DNA of 64,000 nucleotides from Dendrobates tinctorius (lineage: Eukaryota), in contig NW_027361806.1 of assembly GCF_039654945.1 (NCBI RefSeq), positions 3,968,001 to 4,032,000 on the forward strand. Reading direction: 5' to 3'. Shown here in pieces: positions 47,001 to 63,129 of the stretch. The notes below the pieces were generated by a model, which saw only the letters and a program-made list of their open reading frames with translations, was not told where the DNA came from and made no database searches. Position numbers and translations under genes: made by a program. The first letter of the stretch is position 1. Each line of letters starts with the position of its first letter.

Positions 47001-50000
47001 TTATTTCTGTGGAAAAGCTTTCGTTATCATTGCACCCATAATGGGGGCTTTGGTTGCTACTGCTGTGAGGGGGGCAGTACCTGGATATGACCCTCTCTCA
47101 GCTGAATGTGGCTCTCAAGGTCAGGAAGGTTGGTTACCACTGCTGTAGTATAATATCTAAACAATTCACTAGAGCTGAAAACACGGCGCTCCCATGTGAG
47201 ATGGTATATACAGTATGCTGGAGCATGCGGATACAGGTAGGAAATAAAAGTATTTGATACACTGCTGATTTTTGCCAGTTTTTTTGCCACCTACAAAGAA
47301 TGGAGAAGTCTGTAATTTTTATCGTAGGTACACTTCACCTGTGAAAGTCTTAAAAAATCCAGAAAATCACATCATGATTATTACATGCAATAAAATGCAA
47401 ATTAAGTATTTGATACAATATAAAAACAGAACTTAATATTTGATACAGAAACTTTTGTTTGCAATTAGAGGTCAGACGTTTCCTGTAGTTCTTGACCAGG
47501 TTTGCACACACTGCAGCAGGGATTTTGGCCCCCTCCTCCATACAGATCTTCTCCAGATCTTTCAGGTTTTGGTGGTGTTGCTGGGCAACATTGAGTTTCA
47601 GCTCCCTCCAAAGATTTTCTGTTGGGTTCAGGCCTGGAGACTAACTAGGCCACTCCAGGATCTTGAAATGCTTCTCACTGAGCAACTCCTTAGTTGCCCT
47701 TGTGTATTTGGGGTCATTGTCATGCTGGAAGACCCAGCCACGACACATCTTCAATGCTCTTACAGAGGGAAGGAGGTTATTGGCCAAAATCTCACAATAC
47801 ATGACCCCATTCATCCCTCCTTCAATACGGTACAGTTGTCCTGTCTCCTGTACAGAAAAGCACCCCCCAAAGTATGATGTTTCCCCCACCATGCTTCACG
47901 GGTGGCACGGTGTTCTTGAGGTTGTACTTATCCTTTTTCCTCCATATACAGCAAGTTGAGTTGATACCAAACAGTTCTATTTTGGTCTCATCTGACCACA
48001 TGTCCTTCTCACATGCCTCCTCTGAATCATCCAGATGGTCATTGGCAAACGTCATCCTGACCTGGACATGTGCTGGTGTGAGCAGGGGGACCTTTTCTTG
48101 CCCTGCAGGATTTTAATCCATGACTGCGTAGTGTGTTACTAATGGTAATGTTTGAGCTGGTGGTCTCAGCTCTCTTCAAGTAATTGACCAGATCCTCCTG
48201 TGTAGTTTTCGGCTGATTCCTGACCTTTCCCAGAATCATCCTTACCCCACGAGGTGAGATCTTGCATGGAGCCCCAGACGGAGGAAGATTCACAGTCATT
48301 CTTCCATTTTCTAATAATTACGCCAACAGTTGTTGTCTTTTCACCAAGCTGCTTACCTATTGTCCTGTAGCCCATATCAGCCTTGTGCAGGTCTACAATG
48401 TTGTCCCTGGTGTCCTTAGACAGCTCTTTGGTCTTGGCCATGATGGAGAGGTTGGAGTGTGATTGAACTTGTTACTTGTTTAAAAAAAAAAAAAAAAATC
48501 ATGTGCTTTCTTGGTTTTTATTTTCAGATTCTGTCTCTCACAGGTGAAGTGTACCTACGATAAATATTACAGACCTCTCCATTCTTTGTAGGTGGGAAAA
48601 CTGCAAAATCGGCAGCGTATGAAATACTTGTTTTCCCCACTGTATAGTGTAGATTTTATATTATACTTTTTTTTTTCTTTTGCATATCAATGAAAGGTAT
48701 TTAAATATAATTCCCCAGAATTACTCAAACAGAAGCAGAGTAGTCCCAGAGATGACAGGCAAATACTCTACGCTGGAGAATAGAAGGGATATTTGCCTAT
48801 CACCATTGTTTATCAATATGAGGGAAAAAACATTCGATAATAAAGTAACAATAGAGACATTGCCGTGTGTAGATATTGATAGAGCACAAGATGCCACGTT
48901 TACCATCAGCCATCTAGGTCAGTGGGCTCATTGACTGGACAGATCAAATAAGAGCAATACGAAGCGGTGGATAGATGATTGCACAGATCCTAAGCAGATA
49001 AGGGTTGTAGGAAAACTGTTATGGTGGAAGGGAGCGGCAGAGGGGTTGCAACAAATTAGGGGTGCAGCAGACTGATTCATAGAGAGAACCCAAATTGAAG
49101 TTGATTAAACCCATTGGTTGTGACACTATTCATCCAATAAATCCATTTTGCTTCTTTTCGTAGGATCTTCCAGTCCCAACCACCTCTCCTCACTGATGGT
49201 GCAACTACTTCAGAACCCTCCAAGCTACCCCCATGTTTCTCCCTGACATGTCTGGAGATGGATATCTTGTGCATTGATAATGTCACCGGTCCACCACCCT
49301 CCTCCTAAGGCCTCTTTCACACTTCAGTTATTTGCATCAGTTACAATCCGCCAAAAAGGCGGAAAAGCGGATCCGTTCTCAACTGATGTGAACGGATGGC
49401 ACAGGATCCGTTTTCAGACGGATCCTGAAAATGAGGAAATTTAAAGGAAACGGAGAGAGACTTTTTTTTTTTTTTTTTTGGTCCGGCACCCAGACAGAAG
49501 TTCGGGTTAATTCAGTGTCTGGAGGATCCGCTGGGAAAAAAAACGTTACAAGCTCCGTTACAAAATCTTTGAGGATGGAAACGGACCGCAACATTATGGC
49601 GGATCCTCACAAAAACTGATGCAAAGGACAGCAATCCGTCAGGATCCGCCACTAATGAAATTCAATGGGGGAAAAAAACGGATCCTCAAAAGAAAATTGA
49701 GGATCCGTTTTTTTCAAAACCTGGCGGATTGTGACTGACTGTAAAAAACTGAAGTGTGAAAGAGGCCTAAGCTCTTGCTTGGTTTTGCCAGTATAGTTAG
49801 AGGGGGCAGGCTACTCCAGCAGTACAACTATAATGCATTTATAGACCGTCGTCTAATGTGCCACATCTGAAGATGCCTTTATCCCTGGTCTCCAGCCATG
49901 TCAGGAGTCTCTTATGTAATTTCTGTGAACCAATTTGCTAATTCTATACACTCTTAATTATACAACAGTCAGTGAATTAATTTACTCACTTATATAGTGC

Positions 50001-50959
50001 CATCATATTTCACAGGAGTTTCCACTCATCCTCACTGTCCCCACATTCTATATCCCTATCAGTATGTGTTTGGAGTGTGGGATTTGCACCCTGGACCCCC
50101 AGAAGACAAGTGTAAATTGTATTCATCTGTCCGTGTTTTATCTGACTTTAGGACAGCCTGGTAATGGGCACACAAGTTTGACATTAGGAATACCACTAGA
50201 GGGTTTTTATTTTTTGGGAGTGCACTTCTGCCACTACACTGCCATGTCTGATTTATTTATTTTTTCTCTAAGGCCTACGGCTGGTGTCCCAATGGGATAA
50301 AGTGCCCACAGTCCCACAATATCGACCTGATCATCGAGGAGGATGAGAAATATAAAGCGGAAAAAAAGACAAGACGACGTAAGAGAAAGAAAGCAGCTGC
50401 AGTGGTAGCATCTATGGATATGGAAACTGAGCCCCCCAGTAAGCAAAGCCCTGGGGTCTTTCGTAAAGCCAGTGATCCAGAGCAGGGGGAGATGGGGGCT
50501 TCAGAATCTACCCTGACTAATAATGTGGATGGTCAAATGGATGAAAGCCAAGATGGTGCCAAGAGCATTCCAGAGAGTGTGCCCTCAGACCTGTGCCAAC
50601 AGCCAGAAGGTCTTGAGAAGACCACACAACCTCTGAGAGAATCAGTCGCCCCATTATTGCAGGACTCCTCCACCAACAACCATGGAGCTGTCGCCAAGTT
50701 GCCGCCGCCATCAACGGAGTCAGGAACTCACAGAGCTGGGTTTGATGCTTTCATGACTGGTTACATCATGGCCTATGTGTGGATGCTGAAGAAGGAGAAG
50801 GGCTCGGACTCCTCAGCTTCCTTTTCCCTCCCAAACTGTCTTAATAAAATCTATCTAAGTGGGAAAAACGTTCCCCTGCAGATCGTCAAGAGCGTCTTCT
50901 CTAAGTCATCCCGAGCTCACATGCAGAAGATGAGGCTGATCTCAAGCGGAGACTCCTGA
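32097..50959 (+). CDS. TOE1: Target of EGR1 (CAF1-family deadenylase / snRNA 3' exonuclease), ~508 aa, 7 coding exons
   Basis: Phase-consistent exons 32097-32207, 39910-39950, 40180-40276, 41147-41305, 42260-42519, 43290-43461, 50273-50959 (1527 nt). Motifs: AVDT|[17 protein letters not shown]3H finger [20 protein letters not shown], basic [14 protein letters not shown]. Confidence 0.95.
32596..33327. mobile_element. Palindromic Kolobok/T2-like MITE interrupted by a small inverted-repeat insert (~33016-33265)
   Basis: AGGGGTGTTCCCAT ... ATGGGAATACCCCTTTAA ends. Internal inverted arms ~32640-32760 and ~32787-32900. Insert bounded by TCCATGTTGCAAGTATGAGAAAA inverted repeats. Confidence 0.6.
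34883..36364 (+). CDS. DIRS gag-like ORF1
   Basis: 493-aa ORF with N-terminal CxxC...Cxx[18 protein letters not shown]...LPFQG.RLFG..LD motifs and an Arg/Ser-rich tail. Confidence 0.85.
   Translation: MSKSDRTRSTAPPCTLVKYFACSSCNRKLPSGQSTPLCLDCSNPIQPDAVQEPSSAPGESEPPMPGWASSLSQSVADLTRVSQSLVAVLDKLPLDSSAGPSRSQIVPSESASGSRKRPRQDSQPESSPSPISLHSPSHQPPSRASSPESGEALSDRSSEGILELDSDQDASMKVTVQDLIAAIHHTFDIADSPAKSSDQEVSFRRAETPSRVFPFHSQFGKIFTKEREDPTRRFQRGKRLGILYPFAKELTDNWSASPSVDPPVSRLSNNTVLPLSGVASLKDSNDRIVESLAKSAFEAASAAVCPIFASSWTAKTITTWADDLRQGILDKAQPEYLANLANQISHAGDYLLSASLDAASCAVQASSNVIAIRRTIWLKAWQADLSSKKSLTNLPFQGVRLFGSQLDQIIKDATGGTSSLLPQSKPRRPPLRRQFRPFRTFRRFNTADNSSSQQRPQARQERKKVSFRPTPSWRPHSSQGRPFRSRSGRSTSA
36363..38272 (+). 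pseudogene. DIRS pol (RT - RNase H - methyltransferase-like), one 2-nt frameshift at ~37190-37200
   Basis: RT motifs [22 protein letters not shown] in one frame. TTDAS..GWG, INVLE, TDN and DLMAS...YLFPP in a second frame. Removing one CT from the CTCTCTCTCT run joins them ([10 protein letters not shown]). Confidence 0.85.
37348..39297 (+). CDS. DIRS tyrosine recombinase ORF (overlaps pol; YR domain from ~38270)
   Basis: Motifs [13 protein letters not shown] and [13 protein letters not shown]. True start uncertain. Confidence 0.85.
   Translation: MEQVASVPGSPCPSFLPDQAVSQLVVVVTSHSIGSILPSHSLADSNHRCQSPRLGCCVPQPHCSGSMVGSGISATNQRSGDSSDPSCSGPLGKAPQGTAGTDSDRQRHSGGICHPPRGNTECFSPGGGVQDSSLGGDFCSDNFRGSHSRRRQLGRRFSQPRGSRGGRMVPTSGSVSSALPSVGNPGCRPHGVSPQQESPTIRVQVSGPSGSGRRRPGRSLVPVRTSLPVPSSASSSQAVEEDQGRRTSGHSHRPELAQKVLVRGHCQPSRGRPLEASRQNRSAVSGSDLPPQFSAAQFNGVAVETEVLKRAGFSDHVIQTMIRARKPSSSKIYYRTWKAYFTWCETNDVAPMSFSLPSVLAFLQAGLDAGLALSSLKGQVSALSILFQKTLASRPQVKTFLQGVAHTVPPYRAPVDPWDLNLVLEVLQGPPFEPLRDISLSLLSWKVAFLVAITSVRRVSELAALSCRSPFLVLHQDKVVLRPPPSFLPKVVSSFHLNEDIVLPSLCPNPTHPRERSLNKLDLVRAVRVYLSRTTSLRKTESLFIIPDGARKGHPASKATIARWIRSAILEAYRVKRRGAPPSIRAHSTRAVGASWAVRHRASALQLCKAATWSSVHTFVKFYRVHTYASADASLGRLILQAAVVSPLA
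40725..40907. mobile_element. PIF/Harbinger-type MITE
   Basis: GGCCACATTCACACGTTC ... GAACATATGAATGTGGCC with TAG/TAA flanks. Confidence 0.6.
42875..43036. mobile_element. hAT MITE (hairpin)
   Basis: ~60-bp perfect TIRs CAGGGTTTCCCAACTCCAGTCCTC. 8-bp TSD GTTTACAC. Confidence 0.9.
44307..45833 (+). mobile_element. Tc1-like transposon, decayed
   Basis: TA-flanked TIRs CAGTGGTATGTAAAAGTTTG / CAAACTTTTATACACCACTG with long subterminal IRs. Transposase remnants ([15 protein letters not shown]; DNDPKH). Confidence 0.85.
45841..46025. mobile_element. hAT MITE (related to 42875-43036)
   Basis: TIR CAGTGGTTCCCAAACTCCAGTCCTC. 8-bp TSD GTATAGGC. Confidence 0.9.
46654..47142. mobile_element. Non-autonomous hAT element
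   Basis: CAGGGGTCCCCAACCT ... AGGTTGGTTACCACTG. TSD CTTTAGTA / CTGTAGTA (7/8). Confidence 0.7.
47234..48642 (-). mobile_element. Tc1-like transposon, decayed
   Basis: TA-flanked long inverted repeats. Frameshifted transposase ([41 protein letters not shown]). Confidence 0.88.
49077..49286 (-). mobile_element. Penelope-like GIY-YIG C-terminal fragment
   Basis: ISRHVREKH...RRGG....[12 protein letters not shown]....GFN resembles the endonuclease tail. Confidence 0.6.
49309..49767. mobile_element. PIF/Harbinger-type MITE (inverted relative to 16224-16694)
   Basis: TAA|GGCCTCTTTCACACTTC...GAAGTGTGAAAGAGGCC|TAA. Confidence 0.85.
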
Positions 50960-51306
50960 GTTATAGATCAGGGGGTCACAATTATGTGGAAGGGATGGTC
51001 TGCCCCAACCCTGACACTACAGCCATTGTACCCTGTGTAGGGCTGATCTTGCAAAAGTCACTGGTCTCCCCTTCTCGCAGAGATTTACCAGTGGACCGAT
51101 TACAAGCTCCAACATCAGAACTCTCCGGAGCTCATCATTCCACTTTATCAGGTTCCTGACTGACAGACATCAGACGTAAAGGCGTCCTACTCACATCTAC
51201 AGTGCAGGAATCTGCAGATGATGATTGTAAGAAATTGTTTAGATTTTCCAGTTCTGGATAAAGATTTCAGTGTAAAGAATTGAGGTTTTATTTTCTGTCG
51301 TGGATA

Positions 51307-51977
51307 CAGTGGCATGTAAAAGTTTGGGCACCCCTTGTCAAAATTACTATTATTGTGATCAGTTGAAGGGAATCTGTCACACTTGTTTTTGGACTATCAG
51401 CTGCCAGCATTGACATCAGGGGCTTATCTACAGCATTCTGTAATGCTGTAGATAAGCTCCCGATGTAACCTGAAAGAGAAGAAAAACACATTAGATTATA
51501 CTCACCGGAGGGGTCGGTCTGGTCAGACGCCTCCCATCTTCATATGATGCCGTCCTCTTCTTCCCTTCTTGTAGTGGTTCCGGCACACTGCTCTGCCATG
51601 TTGAGGGCAGAGCAGAATACTGCAGTGTGCAGGCGTCTGACCTCTCCTGACGCCTGCGCACTGCAGGACTCTGCTCTGCCCTCAACAGGGCAGAGCAGTG
51701 CTCCAGAGCCACTACAAGAATGGAAGAAGAGGATGGCATCGTATGAAGATGGGAGGCGTCTGACCAGACCGCCCCCTCCGATGAGTATAATCTAACATGT
51801 TTTTCTTCTCTTTCAGGTTACATCGGGGGCTTATCAACAGCATTACAGAATGCTGTAGATAAGCCCCTGATGTCAATGCCGGCAGCTGATAGTCCAGTTA
51901 AAGGGAATCTGTCACTTTTTTTTTATCACAATAATAGTAATTTTGACCAGGGGTGCCCAAGCTTTTACATACCACTA
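51307..51977. mobile_element. Composite palindromic MITE: Tc1-type ends around a Kolobok/T2-like core
   Basis: Ends CAGTGGCATGTAAAAGTTTGGGCACCCC match the 44307 Tc1. Interior starts AGGGAATCTGTCAC and forms a ~510-bp near-perfect hairpin. Confidence 0.75.
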
Positions 51978-52140
51978 TATGGCAAGTATGTATTTCCCAG
52001 ATTTTTTTTGTTAATATATATTATTTTGATAACCCATCTCTACGATGTAGTTATATAAATGTCTTATAGATTGTATATGCAAATCTACTTTCTTCTCCAG
52101 ATAAAGTTTATTTTAAAAAAAAAAAGTTTGTGTCCCTTAA

Positions 52141-52547
52141 AGGGAATCTGTCGCTGGAAGTTGCAGGCCTATGTAAATGGCCTGGGTCCGGTCCGATGGG
52201 CGGTGTTTCTTCTTTTTCTCCACCCCATCCGTAGCCCCCGTCCGCGCTCTTCATCTTTCGCGAATGCGCAAAGCAATCTTGCTTCTCGCACACGCAGTAT
52301 GTCCCGAAGTATTTCTCTGTGTTCCAGGACATAGTGTACCGGCGCATGCGCAGTAATGATTTTCGGCTTTGTCCGCAGTTGGGCAAAGCATACTGTGTGT
52401 GCGAGAAGCAAGATTGCTTTGCGCACGCACGAAAGATGAAGAATACCGTGGACGGGGGCCATGGATGGGGTGGAGAAAAAAGAAACACCCCCCCCCATCG
52501 GACCAGGCCATTTACATAGGCCTGCATCTTCCAGTGACAGATTCCCT
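52141..52547. mobile_element. Kolobok/T2-like palindromic MITE
   Basis: TTAA|AGGGAATCTGTC...GACAGATTCCCT|TTTA. Whole-length inverted symmetry. Confidence 0.8.
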
Positions 52548-53086
52548 TTTAGTGATGTCTCTTTGGTGGCATCACTCAGCCTGAACTCACTTTCTTGAAG
52601 GCTAGGTCTACACTGCAGGTTTGACCAGGATGCTAAAGATCGCTGTCTTTTTGTTTTTTAACTTTATTTTTTATTTTCACGTGTTAAATTTAAGGTGAAA
52701 ATCTGCCATGTATCACCTGCTGAAGATCTTTTCTCTATGGAGGTAAAAGTGTAAGGGCACAGGCTGGCCCTGCACCTCTCCTGACCTGAGTGACAGATTG
52801 ATGTATTTCTATGCAGCTGTCAGGCTCAGGTCAGGAGAGGTGCTGGGTCAGTCGGTGCGAAGATCGCATCGCAGTGCACGATCTGTCTGCTCCCTTAGTG
52901 TCTCTATTTTGGCTCAGACAACATGGCTGCCTGCAGCTCCGGTTCTCATTTGGCATTTCAAAAAAGATTTGTAAAGTCACTTATTTTATTAAGAAAAATA
53001 AAATCTGTAAATACTGAAATATCTGAATTATTCCTTTATAGACTGCAGTATTGTGATGCTCTAATACTACTTGCACACTGATCTAA

Positions 53087-53542
53087 AGGGAATCTGTCAC
53101 CCCTTTTTTGACATATCATATAATATCAATTCAATTGGGTGTCACATAAGGATTCTCTTAGTACTTTTGCTTCCCCCTGACCCCGCACCTTTCATGCATA
53201 AATACTTTTTTTTTTTTCTTTTACACATCGGTTCAGATGTATGTAAACTGCCTCTGTCCGGTCTGATGGGCGGGGCTTATTCAACTGCTTTCTCCCCCCC
53301 CCCCCCTCCCTCTTGCTGTACACAAGAAATGCGTAGAGCATGACAGGGAGGGGGGGGGAAGCAGGTGAATAAGCCCCGCCCATCGGACCAGACCACAGCA
53401 GTTTACATATATCTGATCCGATATAAAAAAGGTATTTATGCATGAAAGGTCCGGGGGAAGCAATAGTACGAAGAGACTCTTTATGTGACACACAATTGAA
53501 TATCATTATATGATATCTCAAAAAAGGGGTGACAGATTCCCT
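53087..53542. mobile_element. Kolobok/T2-like palindromic MITE
   Basis: CTAA|AGGGAATCTGTCACCCC...GGGGTGACAGATTCCCT|TTAA. Confidence 0.8.
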
Positions 53543-56500
53543 TTAAGGAGACCGGACTCTTTATAGTCTGGCATTTATAAGGACACAAATTCTTGAGAGA
53601 TCATAACTGTAGTAATCTTGCTTACTCAGAATACAAATACATATAAAGTACTTGGGTTTCAGTACTCACTTTTTTCTACACGATACTAAATATACGATAC
53701 TGCATTGTATTTTTAAAAAACTCCACTAATTTTTAACACTTTTCATTCACTGATGGTAAGCGGAGATTTTTAAAGTGGTAGACTTACCCATTTAACAAGT
53801 TAATATTGCTTGTAAAAACTTGGAACTTTTGTAATTTACCCTATAAAAAAACTTTTTTTTTACTTTTCTTTCTCAAGAACCGAGAACTTCTTAACTTTAC
53901 TGCTCTCTGCGTAGGTTACTAGCCACCTCTGCGGTCTTATCAGAGGTGGTCGTTTCTTAAGCAAGTAGCGCAGCACTTCAAGCTTTTTGCTATTCAACTT
54001 GCAAACGCAGCTCTGAAGGTCTGTGCCCCTGCGCTCCTCTTGGACGCAGTTCAGACCAGGATTCTTGGAGGCAGAAGAACCGTAAGAAGTTTACACATTG
54101 ATTTAAATCCTGAGGCAAAACACCTTTCCTGATAGTTTTGCTTCCACCGGTGATAATTTTTCCATCTATCCCTGAATATAACAAAGCCCAGACCTGGGGG
54201 TTTCTCTACATCCATACAATTGTAGAAGCCTCTGGATGAAAACATTAATGTTCCCCATTCACTGACAGCAAGTAAAGAGCTTAAAGAACAAATTTAATGG
54301 GATTGTCCACCTTTTAGGACAATTTATTTTTTTTACAAGCTCAAATGCCTGTAATTTGGGCTAAAAATCATTTTTGCAATTGAGTTCTGTTAAACATTTT
54401 GCACCGTTTGCTTTCTCTAGCCTCCATGATGCATTATCTATTGCTGATTGGATTCTCAGTTAACTCATTCTGCAATCAGTGAGCTTGCGATAACCTCCGG
54501 CAGGTAGATGGTTATAATTTTATATCCTTTACTGAGCTCAGCTAGGTTGAATGTTTTGAGAAACCAAATGCCTGTAAAAGCCAAACAAAGCAACATTTTT
54601 AATGTTGCTTTGTTGTTTTTTTTTTTTCTCTTTTTTTAGGTTAAAAAAAAAAGTCCCGAAAAGTAGACCTTGCCACCCCCACTGAAAGCTACAGCACGAT
54701 TCTCACTGTAAATGACATGCACAGGGCTGCTACAGACGGTTTAATCTGAGAGATAAATGAGAAAATTACATCTAGAAAAACAAAACGTCAATGGATTAAT
54801 TTCATTTCGTCTTTGGTTCCTCGTTACAGACATCGTATATACAGAGAGCACTGACGGCAGAACCACGGCGTATAAATTACACATGGAGGAAACCTCGCCT
54901 CCGGCGGCGGCAGTGTCATGAGCGCGAACGTAAGACTTTAATAAAACACCTTCATAAATAGGAACAGAAACCGGAGCAGGAAAAACGATTGCATAGAAAT
55001 GTATCGACAGCAAAATATCATAAGTGCAAAAAAACAAACAAAAATAAAACAGAATTCAAGTGTCTATAAAATCATCTTGTGTGGGAGAATCTCCTCCGCC
55101 CGGGACGTCCCCACTGGACGCCAGTCCATATAGCTTATGCCAAAAGGTTGACTGCCGCAATAGCGGCCGAAGAAGAGTCAGTCTAAAGCAGCGAGCTACA
55201 GAGGCTGCAGGCTTGTCAGGGCATGCTGGGAGTTGTAGTTTTGCAACAGCTGCAGGTCATTAGTGTTTAATGAGGCCAAAAAATATGAAATTTTCTATGG
55301 TTCGCCTGTATTATACTCTGGAGCTACACACACTATTCAGCTGGTAAAGTCACTGTGCACATACATTGCTTATCTTGTATTATACTCCAGAGCTGCATTT
55401 ATTTACTATGTTGCTAGTGAAGTCACAATACATAAGTAAGAGCAGCCTAATGTATATATACTGCACCAGCAGAACAGTGAGTACAGCTCTGGAGGATATT
55501 GAAGGATGTAATGCAGGAGAAGCCATGCACTGCATCTACACATGGACCCTGTCTGCTTTGGAGATTCATACTAAATTAACACGTGGCTCAGCAGTGACAT
55601 GGAAGGAGGAGGAAGAAAAAAAAAAGTTTCTTTAAGAAGTTAAGACTCCTGTGATTAATAATATTTGCAGCTGGTATGGTAAAATCTGGTGTTAAATACT
55701 CTTTAAAAACAGATTTTAGGCCTGGTGATGTTGGTGAACTAAATTCAAAAACTGTTCTGACCACTGTTAGATCCATTGTCCCCATGGAATAACAGAGTCA
55801 AGACATTTCTGGTAAATCACGTATTCTATAGTTATTATAGTGCTTTGAAGAAAGCCCTATCTTGTAATCCGAACGCTGCTAACTTATTCTTCTTCTGCTG
55901 CTTATTATTATTCAGTTGATTTTCCGCAATTAATGCGGCCCGAACCGCTACACGCACAGACTCCGTTGAGCCAGCGTTCACGAGTTGTGTGCCAAGTAAT
56001 TTTCGTGTCAATCAGATTTGTAGTTTTTGCGCAATTTGCGTTTGAAAAAACATTTTCCTCAATGCATTTCAATGGGAAAATGTTGCCACAGGGAAAACAT
56101 GCCCTGAGGCGATTCAAATGGCAGTTAAGCTCATTGATATGCGCTGGCAGACCCAGATACTATGCCAACGCCTACGAACTATACATGACTCCCCCAGGAC
56201 AGTTTCTGGCAGATATCAGCTCTTAAAGCGAAACCCAGAGCACAAATGCAAATCTAGCTTCATCACATGACGCATGCCCCTGAGAGAGAATGTGCGCCAA
56301 AGTGGATTTAGAAGCCCAGTGAGCCAAACTGGCTCTTAAAGGGCTGACGCGCCAAAGTGATTCTTAAAGGGCCAGCGCTCCAAATCGAAAGCTGTGTGAC
56401 CCCAGGCTCCAAATCGGAGGCTGATCGACCCAGGCCTACAAATCGGAGGCTGAGCCACCCTGGCCTCCAAATCGGACCCAGAGTGGCCCCGCCCACCAAA

Positions 56501-56823
56501 TGGGACCCGCCCACCAAAAGGGACCCAGAGGGGCTCCGCCCACAAAATCGGACCCTGAGGGATCCCAGCCACCAATTCAAGCCCTGAGGAGCCCAGGCCA
56601 CCGAATCGGATCCTGAGAGGCCCCACCCACCAAATCAGACCGAGGCCAAAGTGGCCCCTGAGAGGCACCCACAGTTAAAACAGATCCTGAGTTGAAAGTC
56701 TTGCAAGGCCAGCAGGCAAGTCTCTCAAAGGGGTAGCCCGGGCACCATTTCAAAGCACTGTCTGTATTTCCTTCAGGAAATACACATCTAGTTATATATC
56801 AAACTCATTGCTGTGTGATATAT

Positions 56824-56996
56824 TGGCCAGGAGGGGGCGCTACTGAGCTTGTACCGCTGGTAAGGACTGGTGCTGCAAGCAACAAAAATGTCGCTGCCCG
56901 ATACGCAGAACAACCAACAAAAACTAAAAAAGTTTAAATGATTAACGAAACTTATCAGAGGTGTTGTGAGAGCAGTCCACCACTAGAGGGCAGCCT
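56824..56996 (+). promoter_or_regulatory. Tandem pair of CTCF core motifs
   Basis: TGGCCAGGAGGGGGCGCTA (56824-56842) and CACCACTAGAGGGCAGC (56978-56994). Confidence 0.5.
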
Positions 56997-58010
56997 CCAT
57001 ACGACATCAATCACCCCAATATTTCGCTCTCCGATGGATGGAGGTCACAGATGGCGCTCACGTCAGTCAGGTTATTAATACAGGCTAATCCACACTGTGC
57101 ATAGACAGTCAGTAAGTTCTGACAGGGGGAATAAAAAAAAATAAAAAAAAAAATCCATTAAGTGCTTTCTGAGCTTCTGATATCACCTGCATTTGATCCA
57201 TCAGGGCACTCTGATAATGGTTGGGTTTTTTTTCTCCCGTCCCTGATTGGCTTTCCTAACAAAAAAGTAACTCTATTCGTGAGTAAAGAGAAAAAAATAA
57301 AAAAACAGATACTCTACAGTCACGCTCACAGCGGCTGCAGACAACATCCTGACGTCTAAGGCCGGGCGGGGGGCAAAATAAAGAAAACAAAAAAACCCAC
57401 CAACCCAGGAACCAGACCTGGAGCTAAAAGTTACATTAAAACTTGCATGCGGCCCCCCCAGCATCACACACGGGCATAGAGGGGGCACGTCTCACCCTCC
57501 ATATGAGCCTGGATATTGACGGAGCGATCACATAGTGTCTGATGATCTGATGCCTCGCAAAAGGTATAAAATCTGTCACGGTGGCACTGAGTGGGTTAAG
57601 GCATCATCGATTGACAAGAAGCTCCCATACATGCTGTCGCCTACTGCAACAAGTTGTCATCACAGACTATGACCGGTGAAGGGGTTAATACAGGGTTACT
57701 CCAGGTCACATGCTACTAAACAAGGTGAGATCGCGTGGGAAACGCGCCAGAACACGGATGCTTGTTTGCATTGTCAACTTTTTTTTTTCTTTATTTTTTC
57801 ATTGCTTCCCTCTCCCAGCAGACACATTCCTATGTGCATTATTAGGACACCTGAGCGGCGCTTACAGCGTGATCCATGGTCAGCAGCGAACCGCAGCAGA
57901 GCCCAGACAATATGGACACGTCTGATCACTGACGGAAGAAGCAACGGGATAATCCGGCTGGTTAGGAATCTCCCATCCTAGGATCTGAGGTCATGTAAAC
58001 CCTACACATA

Positions 58011-62790
<4,780 letters not shown>

Positions 62791-63129
62791 CTACAAGGAA
62801 AACAGAAATAAAGGGGTTAACAGTGAACCACTCGCCCACTCTTCGCATTCAGATGGATGAGAAAGACGAAAACACTATGCAATATCAGGAACCCCCTAAC
62901 ACAGAGAGTGACCCTGTCCGTATGTGAGCGGGAATGACTACGCACAGAACAGCCCACAAGATGGCCACTACTGCGGCCCCAGAGCTGCACACACTGCTTT
63001 ACTAGTTCTTATCGGAAAGAGTCAGCAAGATTGTGGTCAGAATAGAATACAGGTGGGCAGTTACGTTTTCCGATAAGTTCTCAGTAGACACTGAAAAAGC
63101 AGGAAACGCTGGGAGAGTTCAGCTCTGAC

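Noticed and set aside
56300-56690. Overlapping ORFs in the TESK2 3' region
   Set aside because: Degenerate CCAAATCGGA tandem repeat with no coding signature.
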